64,000 bases of DNA, from assembly GCA_964252035.1 (NCBI GenBank), contig OZ176214.1; one strand, written 5' to 3'. Each line of letters starts with the position of its first letter. Within the stretch, counting starts at the first letter, position 1. Source of the DNA: Podarcis erhardii (taxonomy: Eukaryota). Shown here piece by piece: positions 48,039 to 59,709 of this stretch. The notes under the pieces are model-generated. The model was given only the letters and a program-made list of their open reading frames with translations. It did not search any database and was not told where the DNA came from. A program made the translations under genes and the position numbers.

Positions 48039-48179
48039 TTAGCACTTGCTGCTGAGTAGACATGTCTGGATTGTAACTCTCACACACCGCGATCCTAACC
48101 ATTTATAATGGGAAGGAAACCCTATTGGATTCACTGGCGCTTCCTCCCAAGTAGGTGGCGTTAGGATTGCACCCTGAAA

Positions 48180-49100
48180 TAGATGCAACGCGTGCAGCAG
48201 TCGAGGACCAAAGACTGGGGTCCTCCGCACTTTTCTGCGGAGGCAAAGCACAACCAGGTTGGCGGTTGACTTGACTCTGCTCAGTAAAGAGGGACCGCCG
48301 CCCGATATATACTAACCTGACTTGTCAATTTCTAGCGTGCTTCTTGCGTACCCTCTGAAGCAGCAGCCTCCGCGACTTTCCCCTCAGCCCTGAACTGGTC
48401 CAAAACGCCGGGCGGGAGGCGCGGCTTGTTCCTAAAAGCGAAGCGCGCTTCCACAATGCACACACGCACGGAGGGCTCCTGCTCCACTGCAAAGGGACGA
48501 ATCACACCGGCTTGCTCACTTAGTGGTATTCACCATCGAAGTGTGCTTGTGTGGAGGAGGAGGAGGACTCGTTCTGAGAGCAGCCTTCAGAGAAGCAGAG
48601 AAGGAGCTGCTGCCGTTTCAAGAGAAGGAGCTGCTGCCGAACAAACGCGGAGGAGAGGCGAGCGGCGTCGGGTTCGTCGGATCTCTCCAAAGCTTTTGGA
48701 GTGGCCAGAGCTCAGGGAGGGTGCGAAGGCTCTGCTTTTCTGGAGGGGGGCGGAGAACAAGGGACACCTGCTGTGCCGGCCGCCCACCGCCGCTCCCGCC
48801 GCCTTCCCCGCCCCCCAATGTTCTTGCCAACGAGAGCCGTCGAGTGGATGATGCGCACCTCACCACGGATCCGCCTGTCGGGGCGGCTCTGCAAGCAGCC
48901 GCGGCTGACTGAGTGCTGAGATGCGCCTCCCACAGGCCTCGCTTTCTTTCTCCTCCTCCTCCTGCTGCCGCCGCCCCCCACCCCACCCCCCACTTTCTTG
49001 GCACACAAATGGCGATTGACAAAGGTAGCGCCGGGTGGGGTTCCTTTCCTTATTGCCAGGGAAGGTGGGGAGGCGAACGAGGACCGGTGTGTGTGTTGTA
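48180..49100 (-). promoter_or_regulatory. CHRDL1: CpG island: probable CHRDL1 promoter and non-coding exon 1
   Basis: The only non-transposon CpG-dense stretch, 5.4 kb upstream of the ATG exon; multiple GC boxes (ccgccc, ggggcgg). Candidate minus-strand donors: CAG|GTTAGT (48315-48316), AGG|GTACGC (48350-48351), TAA|GTGAGC (48518-48519). Exact exon limits not determinable. Confidence 0.75.
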
Positions 49101-49465
49101 CAGCGCCACTGCTAGAAAACATTGGATGGAGTGGGTCAACAAAGTGCATGGGGAGGGGGAAGCGAGGGAGCACACCAAAAGTGTGTGTGTGTTTTGTTTT
49201 AGCCTGGCAAGTGAAGCAGCCAAGCAAGGAAATGATGCCACTTAAACAGTTACTTATTTATATCGTATTTAAATTATTTATAACCTACTCTTCATTGTTT
49301 GCACAATCCCAGCATGGGGAAGAGCATTAACATACAGAGAAACATACAATGTGCTTCCCTAAAACAACTTAAATGGAAATTCCTCCATTAGGAACCAAAT
49401 GCTGGCCTCTCTCTTTCCTGATTTGCACCCTCAGAAAGCTCACTCTTATGTCACAAATGACATGA

Positions 49466-49501
<36 letters not shown>

Positions 49502-51413
49502 CTTGGTGCCAATATCCTCACCTCATAGCACACACCTTTATTTATTTAGACACATTGGCTGCATGGTTGGTTGTTTGGTGTTAAAGGAAGGTCACTCCAA
49601 CTAAGAGTCCCTGAGCATGTGAAAACTGCCTTTCCTTACAGGTTGCTACAGGGATCTCTAGCAAGGTGGGGCATGGAGGTGTTTCCCCCCTCTTCTCTCT
49701 CTAACCTGGCCTGTGATATACTGGTGGTAGCCACAATTTTCATGCATTCTGAATGGTGAGCTCAGTTGACTGTTTGCCAGGGAAATTAGGCTGAAGAAAC
49801 CTAAGAGCTGTAAAAAGAAAGATGTGAAGGAAACAGATAGACCCCTTCCCCAAGTAAAAGATGTCATCCCCTTCAGTCTCCTTCTTGCCACATACCTTGG
49901 ACACAGGGTGAATGAGCAAAAGCCACAGGACACAGGAGCTGTGCATTGTAATCACAATCTACATAAGGTGAGAAATGAAGAGGGGTGGAGCTGTCCTCTT
50001 CATTTTCTCTTCTTCTGGCAAGGGTTCTCTGCTTCTAAAAGCTGTGCAGAGGAGAGATGTTCAGCACTGGTGGTCTACCAGGACAGGAATTTTGAGGTGA
50101 AGGCCAGGGACCAGCAGTGCAGAAGGAGTGGGTTGGGGGTGGGTGCCCAATGCAACAACAGGTCCCTTCCTTATTGCCTGTATAAAAGTGTGATTCAGCT
50201 GTCAGTGTTGCTGGCTTCTGTGTTTGCAAATAGGAACGTAGGAAGCTACCTCGTGCCAAGCCTTTGCTCCTACAGATTGGTCTATCTGGCTCAATATAGT
50301 CTGCTCTGACAGGCAGCAGCTCTGCAGAGTTTCAGGCCAGAGCTTTTCCCAGCCCTGTCTGGAGACACCAATAAATAAACCTGGGCATATGCAAGGCATG
50401 TACTCTACCACTAAGCTTGTTCCACACACAAGATGGGGTGCCATCTTGTTGTTGTCCTCAGGCAACAAAATTTCTTGCACCTGCCCTGCAGAATGATGTC
50501 CCAGTGTAGATTTGTGGATGTGGATGGGTCAAGCAGCTAATTTTCCCTTTCCCATTTTTCATTGTCTACTTAGATGATTGGGTTAGTCTTGTGGCCCTCC
50601 AGATGTTGTCACAAACCCCACCATCCCAGACCACACTGACCATGCTGGCTGGGGCTGAATTGGCACCCCACCACATCTAGAGGGCTGCAGATTCCCCAGG
50701 AGGTGTCAAGGTCACCTTGACATTCTGTAAAGAGTGGCTTAAAATCCTGACTCAAGTCACATCATATGCTTGGTCAGACTTTGACGTCTCTGGGCTTGTT
50801 GTGACCCATGGAACTAATAGGAAGAGATCAGGGAAGAAAGCCTGAGCAATGATCTGAGAAAAAGGGTGAGAAGATCTTTAAAAGGCATCATTGTCTGGAG
50901 GGAAACAAGTGACAGCTTATTTCCCCCTCCCCTTAATTTGGTAGCAGGGCATGGGAGACTTAACACTGCTGGCTAGTCAGGAGTGCCCCTCCCCTTGACC
51001 CCAAGACAGGCCAGTAAAACTGAACACTGTGTGTAGCTTGTCTCCCAGGAACTTAAGACCTTAACAAAGCCCAAGAAAGACGCAGTACAGGGCAGTTAGA
51101 ATTTGCCTAAAAGGTGTTTCTCAGCTTCCATTGTGGTAGGCCCTCTCATCAATGGAAATGTGTGTTCTGGATAGAGATAGGGAAGAAATCCATTTTTTGT
51201 CTGCCTTTAAAGGCAAATCCTTGACGAACTTCCTGAGATGATACATGAATTGAAGCACAGCCATCCTTTGAAATATGCATATCTCCAAATTTCACTACTC
51301 AGTTTAAAGTAGTTGTTTTTAATTGTGTTTTTTTCCTGAAAATTTCAATATTTTATTCTTTTTGTAAACTGCTTTGAGGTCCTTTTTTTTTTGTTTTACA
51401 ATCAAGTGTTATA

Positions 51414-51655
51414 CAGTGGTACCTCGGGTTAAAAACTTAATTTGTTCCGGAGGTCCGTACTTAACCTGAAACTGTTCTTAACCTGAAGCACCACTTTAGC
51501 TAATGGGGCCTCCAGCTGCTGCCACACTGCCGGAGCACAATTTCTGTTCTCATCCTGAAGCAAAGTTCTTAACCCGAGGTAATATTTCTGGGTTAGCGGA
51601 GTCTGTAACCTGAAGCGTCTGTAACCTGAAGTGTATGTAACCCGAGGTACCACTG
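51414..51655 (+). mobile_element. Tigger/pogo-like MITE, copy 4
   Basis: TIRs plus TA TSD; inserted in the TATA of an L2-type tail (caatcaagtgtTA...TAtaaattttgtgaaataaataa). Confidence 0.9.
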
Positions 51656-51839
51656 TATAAATTTTGTGAAATAAATAAAATAAGCATATGGTTGTGGACC
51701 AGAGTATCTAAGAAGCTGCATTTCTTCTGATATCCCACATGGCTTGCTTAGATCTATGGATGAAGATTTGTTAATGGTACCACACACCCCTGCAGTAAAG
51801 TGTGCAGTGTGTTGAGCATGTGCTTTTATTTGTTTATTT

Positions 51840-52068
51840 ACTGCATTTATCACCTACCTTCTTCTCTCAGGAGCTCAAGGTGACAAAATCGTCCTCCCTC
51901 CCCTCATTTAACCCCCACAACAACCCTGTGAGGTAGGTTAGGTTGAGGGGCAGTGGCTGGCCCAAGATCACCCAGTGAGCTCCATGACCGAGTGGGGGTT
52001 TGCACTCTGGTCTCCCAGGTCCTAGTCAAACACTCTAACCACTATGCCACACTGGCCGGCACTGGCTT
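51840..52068 (-). mobile_element. MIR-like / L2-partner SINE, near full length
   Basis: caggagctcaaggtg...cccacaacaaccctgtgaggtaggttagg...ggcccaagatcacccagtgagct...cactctaaccactatgccacactgg. Confidence 0.7.
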
Positions 52069-53989
52069 ACAGCACCAGTTCTCTGGAAATTTCTTACCTG
52101 TGGAAGCAATCCTCAACATCATTATGTTTTCAATAGTTGTTGTAAATGGTCACTTATCCTCTTCCAGGTGGGCGGTGGTTGCAGTCCCCTTGCAGGTCAG
52201 CCACCATTCCTAGCAGCCAGGACACACGGACTCACCCAGCTGTTGAAAACTATCCAGCTGGCCACATTGCACACCAGGAATTGCCCGCCAAAACTCCATA
52301 TCTGAATGGGCCAATCAGGGGCACTCTAGTGCGAGGGGCCTTACTGGCGGACCGGGAATCAAATGTTTCCATCCCGGTCCACCAGTGACAATTCTTTTCT
52401 TCCAAACCTTCCCAAATCAGTCTGAAGTTTTTAAGACTGTTTTTATTATCTACATTACATTTTATATTCTAGTTTTGTGTAACACTTGGGGATTCTTTGA
52501 ATATGGAGCAGGTATTGGTTCTGAAATAAAATACAATAATTAAAACAAACAGACCTTAAAGTTGGCTCGGCAGCATATTGGCAGCTAGTGCCGATCTTTA
52601 AGCAAAGATCAAGGGAATCTAGTTCAATGCTGATGAAAATCTTAAGTACTGGTAGGTGCTGGATAAATCTTAAGAAGTTCTAGCGAGCACCTAAAATCCT
52701 ATTACATGAAAATGAAAAGAAAGAAGATTAAAAACCATAAGGGAAAGAAACAGTTAATACCAGTGTTTGTAGGGTGTGTGTGTGTGTGTGTCCATTTGCA
52801 ATATTAAGGGTCCTGTCACACAACAACCGTTTCTTTGATTCATTCTGTCCTGCCTTCCACCTCTCAGTGTTTAGCCTGAACACACAAGGCTGTGAAATTA
52901 TCAGGCCTGGATTCAAGCCAGTACAAACCAATTTATTGGGGTCCAGCAATTAACTAAAACCTAGAAAGCTTGATTAATTATGGCATCACTCAGCAGGGAA
53001 CATTGATATACAGAGGGAGGGGGAAGGGAAATTGGGTGTTCTTGCACAATTTCTATTCATTTCAGTGGGGCTTGTGGAGGAGAATTTTGGGAGGGGGTGT
53101 GGTGCCCCCAAACAAATAATTTATGCTGCCAATAAACACTGAATTCCCAGAGTCATAAGATGGTCGGTTGCATTTAATACTCAGAAGCTGCTTAATATAA
53201 TATGTTCCTTTTTGTATCCATCGTAAGAGGTTAAAACCTTCCTTTTTGTATCCATCGTAAGAGGTTGAACACTGTTGCTATTGAAATCAGGAAGGAATCT
53301 ATTATCCTGCTGTTTTGTCGCCTGCTGAAAATGTTTTTGTTTTCACCAAAGAATTTTAAGAGAATTTTTTTCAGTGTTAGTCATTTGTCTTGCATCTTAT
53401 TATGTTACACAATAATTATGTTTAGATGATTTAATTGTTACCGCTACTACAGTATTTTAAAATTTATTTATTTTGCAAATTTATAAACCACTTTCAGAGT
53501 CTGAGGCTATCAAAGAGCTGTGTAACAATATGAAAATAAGATAAAATACAAGTTCTACAAACATTTATAACCATTTCTATAAACTCTAAAAAACCAACAA
53601 ACTCTCTACAAATTCTGAAAAGTAGTGAAACCATTCCTGCTGATGGCATTTGGTGAGTTGGCAGAGTATAAATATTCTAAGGAATTAATTGACCTGAGTT
53701 GTTGTGTCTATTAATTTCTACGATGAGTGGAATTGGCATTGGGTACAAGTACTGTGGCATAGATTTCATGGGAAAGACATATTATGAACATAGGAAACTG
53801 CATTTCACTAAGTCACATCACTGGCCCATGCAGGGCCAGATCTATTATGAAACTAACAAAGCCTAAACTTCAGGGCCCCTGATCCTGTACAAGCCCCAGA
53901 AGTTACTTTAGTCCACGCTGTTTAAAATTTTTGTTTCTAGTAGACCCAATTTGAGTCACACGACTCAAATTGGTTACTTTTTTGTTGTA

Positions 53990-54223
53990 CAGTAGTACCT
54001 CTGGTTACGTACCGGAGATCTGTTCTTAACCTGTAACTGTTCTTAACCTGAAGCACCACTTTAGCTAATGGGGCCTCCTCCTGCTGCTGCCGCGCCACCA
54101 GAGCCCGATTTCTGTTCTCATCCTGAAGCAAAGTTCTTAACCTGAAGCACTATTTCTGGGTTAGCAGAGTCTGTAACCTGAAGCGTATGTAACCTGAAGC
54201 GTATGTAACCTGAGGTACCACTG
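53990..54223 (+). mobile_element. Tigger/pogo-like MITE, copy 5
   Basis: cagtagtacctctggtta...gaggtaccactg, TA TSD; lies inside an older hAT-like remnant (about 53830-54400). Confidence 0.88.
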
Positions 54224-57200
54224 TATATTTTTCAACAATCTCAGAGTTTGAGAGTCAGTACTGCAGATGTTATAAAGGTGTAGTGATTTGTCATGGAATA
54301 ACCCCACTGTTGAAGATAGCAGTGGTTACCCAGACCTTGTTGTTGATTGTGAAGTGGCCCCTGTGACAGGTTAAGCTTCAGGGGCCCAGAAACGTAGGTC
54401 CGCCACTAGGTCCATGTTGTATTGTCCACACTGACTGGAAATGCCTCTCCAGGTTTTAAGGAGGCTTCTCTCTCAGCCCTATCTGAAGATGACAGGAACT
54501 GATTGTGGGACCTTCTGTGAGCAAGGTAGATGCTCCACCACTGAGCTATCATTCTCCTCCTCCTCCTCTTCCACCTCTCCATCTTCTTCTTCTGCTCCTC
54601 CTCAATTACATCTGCTTTTTGGTTCCATTTTTGGAAACTGGTGGAGCAGAGTAGCAAAAAGATTAAGTTATAAATCAGGAAGTTCCCAGTTCATATACCA
54701 CCTCTCTTGTCAGGAATTCACATTGTGGTCTTAGGCAAATCACTTAGGCAAATCACATCCCACACATCTGCAGTATGGGGGATAATAATGCAGACTTACC
54801 GTGTTTTACATGGTTGTTGAAGGGATTACAGCTAATAATGCATGATAGTGGGTTATTAGCAGCAGTTGTTGTTGTTATTTTCATATGTTAAACTATTCAA
54901 AAAGAAAGCCTATTAGCTTTCCCCTACCAGCAACCTCCCACAGACCTATGAAAAGCCTTTCCAGATATGCACCCCAATAGGCATGAGCAAAGCTGCTGGA
55001 AGAAAAAACTGTTCAAACTGCAAACAAGATTAAAAGTGCATGACCATTCAGAGTGAGGACAGAAAGCATTGCCCTTACTCTGAACTGGCTCTGTAAAGTT
55101 GTCAGATAGCCAAAATACATTTGCTACATGGTTTCACAGCACTGTCACATTCGCTATGTGATTTATCACATTCACTGTGTGATTTTATTTGCAGGAGGAA
55201 TAAACTGCAGCTAGGAAAATGGCACCGAAGCAGTTATAATTCTTTGGGGCTGACTGCATCTTCCTAAGGCTCCAAATCTCGCCGAATGCAGAACTGTTGA
55301 ATTGTTTTAATATAATGTAGCCTAAATAACAGATTAAGGCACCTTATTTAATTATAGCTGTAGTTGTTGTGCTAATAGTAACAATAATAATAAATTTGCT
55401 CTGATACAGGTAACTGTGGCAACAATGAAATATGGTCACCAGATAAAGGGCCTTTTTTCAGGAATCAAAAGTTGTTGAGCTTTTTTATTTTTATTTTTAT
55501 TTTGGTTGCTGAGGGGGCGGGCAGGATCCTGTGATCAACCCACGATCGACCACAGACCCCCCACGATCGAACAGTAGATCGCAATTGACCTGTTGGACAT
55601 CCCTGCATTATGGGATGCCTTCCGCAGAGAGGCTCACCTGGTAGGCCTTCTTTTTGCTGCTAAGTAAAGATTTCTTTTTCTTTTTTAAAAAAATCCTACA
55701 ACATTAAAAAAAAATCTGTACTTTTAATCTCCAGTATTGTGTGGTGCTGTGGTTGTTAAACTCAAGGATTTTTTTGTTTTTGTTTTTTAAAGAAAGTTTT
55801 ATATTCATTGCTTTTTGCTACGAGCTTTAGATTCTTTTCTCTGGCTCAGGCTGAGGGTTTTACTTTGTAGAATGTTGTTCCTTTGGAATGTGCCGTTTTA
55901 ATTTGTCTCTAGCTGCAGATCACATGGGAACTATCATTATTTGGGTGTCTGACAAACAGAATGGACAAACTCATAAAAATATATATGAAGACATTGCACA
56001 CCCACCCACACCCAGGCTACAGGAAAGGCAGTTGGGCTTAGTCAATTGGCTCTGCTGAGAGACTGGCTGAAATGCTTCCATTCAAGCTAGTTATTCCCAG
56101 AACAAGCATAGGCATTCTATTCCCCCTTACAGATTGAACCACTCAAACAAGAGTAGAGATGAGCATGCCAACTTTGCCCTTCTCACTGTCCTTGTCATGT
56201 TCTGTGACAGGCATGAAGAACTTCAGGTCCACTCTCCAGGAGTTATTTGGGCAACTCATGGAGAGTGAGAGAAACTGAAGCCAGATCTGTCGTGCTCCTT
56301 CCCACTCTTCCTCATTACCTGTGGGATTGGAACACCCAGAAAGAACATAAGATCTGGTTCCTGAATTTTCTTGTTTTCCCCTCCCTTCCCCATCCCCTTT
56401 CCCTCTTGTGCCATGCCTGTTAGATTGTAAACCTTAAGGCAGGATCTGCTGTGTTTTGTGTTTTAAAAAAATCTGTAAGATGTTTAAATGTTAGGCAGTT
56501 TATAAATGAGAAGTAATAATGGTTATGATGACATGATAATAATGGTTTTCACATTTAAGTAAAGTTGTGAGACATAAATGATCCCAGGGCTCATTTATGA
56601 GGGCATCCTTCTGAACCACGTTCACAGGGCTGATGTTTTGGGATAGCCAGTGAGATAGGAAAAGCTGCCTCCTCCAATTTGGCAATGGACGTTGAGGATT
56701 TGAAGAATGTTATTTTTTTCCTCTCTCTCCCAAAGATATTGGCAGTGCAAATGAGGATTTGCGGAAGGTCATCTAATTCAATCTTCGGTTCTGGCAGCCC
56801 TTCACAAAGGCTGCCAGAGAAGGCCATGGTTTGCTAATGTTTAACTGTGAATACCCAACAGGGGTCCTCCACAGGGCTGAATAGAGTCAATTGTGATATT
56901 TTTCTAAATATGAGTGACTCAGCTGTCTCTGCTTGTGAAGAGCTGCCAGGGTCACAGATACAATCAGACAAGCCCCCCTGCCTTCCCTTACAACCAGTGG
57001 GTGGAAAGGAGGGGGTGGTGATGGTGAGGACCAGCCATTAACGAGACTTGGCTGGATCCTAAGAGGCTGCTGCTGTGGACTGGCTGGTTCTGTTCCCAGA
57101 GCAGAGTAGGGATGGGGGAAGAATTTGATTCACTTCGCATTTTAAGGTGAACCTGAACCTACCTAATTTTCACTTTTCAAAACCACAGGAGAACTGAAAC

Positions 57201-58110
57201 ACAGTTGTCCTTCAAAATTCACGCTTCTCTGAATTTTGCAATCCAGTCAAGCAGTGTGTAGTAAAATGTAGCATGTGTATCAAAATTGCATATAATAATG
57301 AGAATAACATATTAGAATGTTAGGTATATTAAGTAAGATCGCTTTGCAAGGATGAAGCAAAATTGCATACAAAAATTGTATATTAGGAGAAATTCACACT
57401 AAAATGCTGATGAATTTTCGTGAGAGCTGTTTAAAAAACAACAACACAGAGATATGAAAATATGGAGAACTGAACTTTAAGTGGGGGGGGGGAATCCACC
57501 ACCACCCTTAAGAAAATAAAATGGACAGAATCACCCATCTGAGCTCTTGGGACAGGTGGCCTGACTGAATTGTAAATTCTCCTTGCTTATGATAAAGTTG
57601 GAGGCAAACAAAAATCCTGAATGCATTGCTTCAGCAACCCACTATTTCATAATTCTCACTTTTCCTCTCTCTCAATTTTGCCTCACTCCCTGAAAGTTTA
57701 ATGCCAACTACTGTCCTTTCATACTGAAATGTTATCTCCTGCGAGGATTATATGGGGGTGGGTGGGGGTAATCAAGTTTCCACTAGTTTAATTCTACCCC
57801 AATCTGTAAGCTGGACTCCTGACCCTAAGCAGGTTTTGTCCTGGGATAACGGCTGCCTTTTACAGTTTGATTGTATTTTGCTGGTGTCAATTTCCAATCC
57901 TGGATTGACATGGATCGCCTAGATCTTAATTAAATCATCAATCATTTTCTGAAGTGGGGGACATTGATACCAGAGGGAGAAGGCATTGCTCTGATGTGGT
58001 TAGCCATCTAAAATGTTAGATTCCTGGGAACACAGGAAGCTGTCTTATACTGAGCCAGATCACTGGTCCATCTAGGGCAATTAGGTCTGACTGGCAACAG
58101 CTCTCTAGGG

Positions 58111-58241
58111 CAGTGTTTCTCAAACTCAGGTCTCCAGCTGTTTTTGGACTACAACTCCCATCAGCTCTAGCTAGCAGGACCAGTGGTCAGGCATGATGGG
58201 AATTGTAAAACCAGCTGGAGACCCAAGTTTGGGAAACACCA
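58111..58241. mobile_element. hAT (Charlie-like) MITE, 131 bp, TSD CTCTAGGG (related copy at about 29905-30030)
   Basis: cagtgtttctcaaact...agtttgggaaacacca; TSD at 58103-58110 and 58242-58249. Confidence 0.8.
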
Positions 58242-59664
58242 CTCTAGGGTTTCAGACAGGAGTTTTTCCTGGCCCTCCCTGGAGATGCTAGGGATTGGAC
58301 CTAGGATCCTTTGAATGTAAATATGCCGTCCACCCTTCATATTAGCAACTGACCCACTAAATGTGGACATTTGGAAGATATGGTCAAATCATTCGTATCT
58401 GGACACAGAGTGGCTGATGTCACATTGTCTCTGCACTCAGAGAACTTTGTTCTTAGGAGCACGGGGCTTTTGAGGAGCTGGGTATAAAAGTGAAAATTCT
58501 TCCTCAAAAGCTGATTACCTCTCCATGACTCTCAGCTTAGCCTGAAGATGCCAGTGTAGCAGTCCATGTGGAGCTGGACCTTCTGATTCCTCTCCCTTCA
58601 TCCAACAAGAGGATGGCAGAGCCTACCATGAGTGAGCACTGAGGGCACATCTGCAGCAGCTAGTTGTGCAAAAAGCAAGCTGGAATACTGTGTGCCCCTC
58701 CACCACCTCTTGCCCTCCCCAGGGATGCATTTATAACATGTTCACAAGAAGCAACAGGCAGAGATTAAGCCAGCTTTCAAAACAATATGCATTAATGTTT
58801 TCAGATAGCAGAAAAGTTATGTGGCGATTTCTGCATTCACTGGTGGACTCCAAGTTGTAGCTAAACAAACCCTACTCAGAACAGATCCATTAAAATTAAT
58901 ACCCCTTTAATTTCTGGGGGATCTGCTCTGAGTATGACTAGCATTGGATACAGACCAATTTAAATTTTCAGAACACTGTGAAACCATAACTTAACTTAGA
59001 CAAGAACCCATATTTCTTACCCTACTCACTAAAAGACAACCAATTTATTATGAATTTGTATTGTTACTGGCTTTTCTCCTTAAAACAACCATAGTGTGTT
59101 AATTTAGAGATAGGGAACCTGTGGTGTCCCCCCTTGCCAGATGTTGCTGGGAATGAGGAATGAGGCTCCCATCAGTTTCAGCCAACATGGCCAATGACCA
59201 GGGGTGATGGGATCTGTAGTCCAACAACATCTGGAGGGCATCAGGTTCACCATCCCTGATTTCCCTTATTTATTCATCATTAGACGGTGTTTTCAATTTC
59301 CCTGCACAATAAATCCTAACCAAGGCTGGCCTGCCTATGAGGTCACTTCAGGAAGCCTGAGGAGTAGCCCACTCACTGATGCCACAACCCCCTGCTGCGG
59401 TCCCCCACCAGCCATTTTATGATGTTATACTTCTTAAATGAAAAGGGGGCATAGGTATCCACAAGTCTGCTGTGTTTTGCTACCTTATATTATTGCTAAT
59501 GCTATAGTTTCACTGTACATTTTATGTTGTTCGGTATCTTGGAATCTATCGGCTGAAGGGTGGCATATGAACAATTACAAATGAATGGATAAATAAAATG
59601 TACTAAAATAAATACGTGGAATTGAAAAGCATCCTATAAATGATTGATGGATGCACAAGAAAGG

Positions 59665-59706
<42 letters not shown>
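59665..59706. repeat. (TG)n microsatellite (others: (TC)n about 7577-7603, (TG)n 11578-11608, (TC)n(AC)n 17132-17196, (AC)n 49467-49496)
   Basis: Directly visible. Confidence 0.95.

Positions 59707-59709
<3 letters not shown>

Noticed and set aside
48426-49330. Cluster of 100-170 aa overlapping ORFs
   Set aside because: Low-complexity Gly/Arg/Pro/Ala products expected from stop-poor GC-rich island DNA; no recognisable domain.
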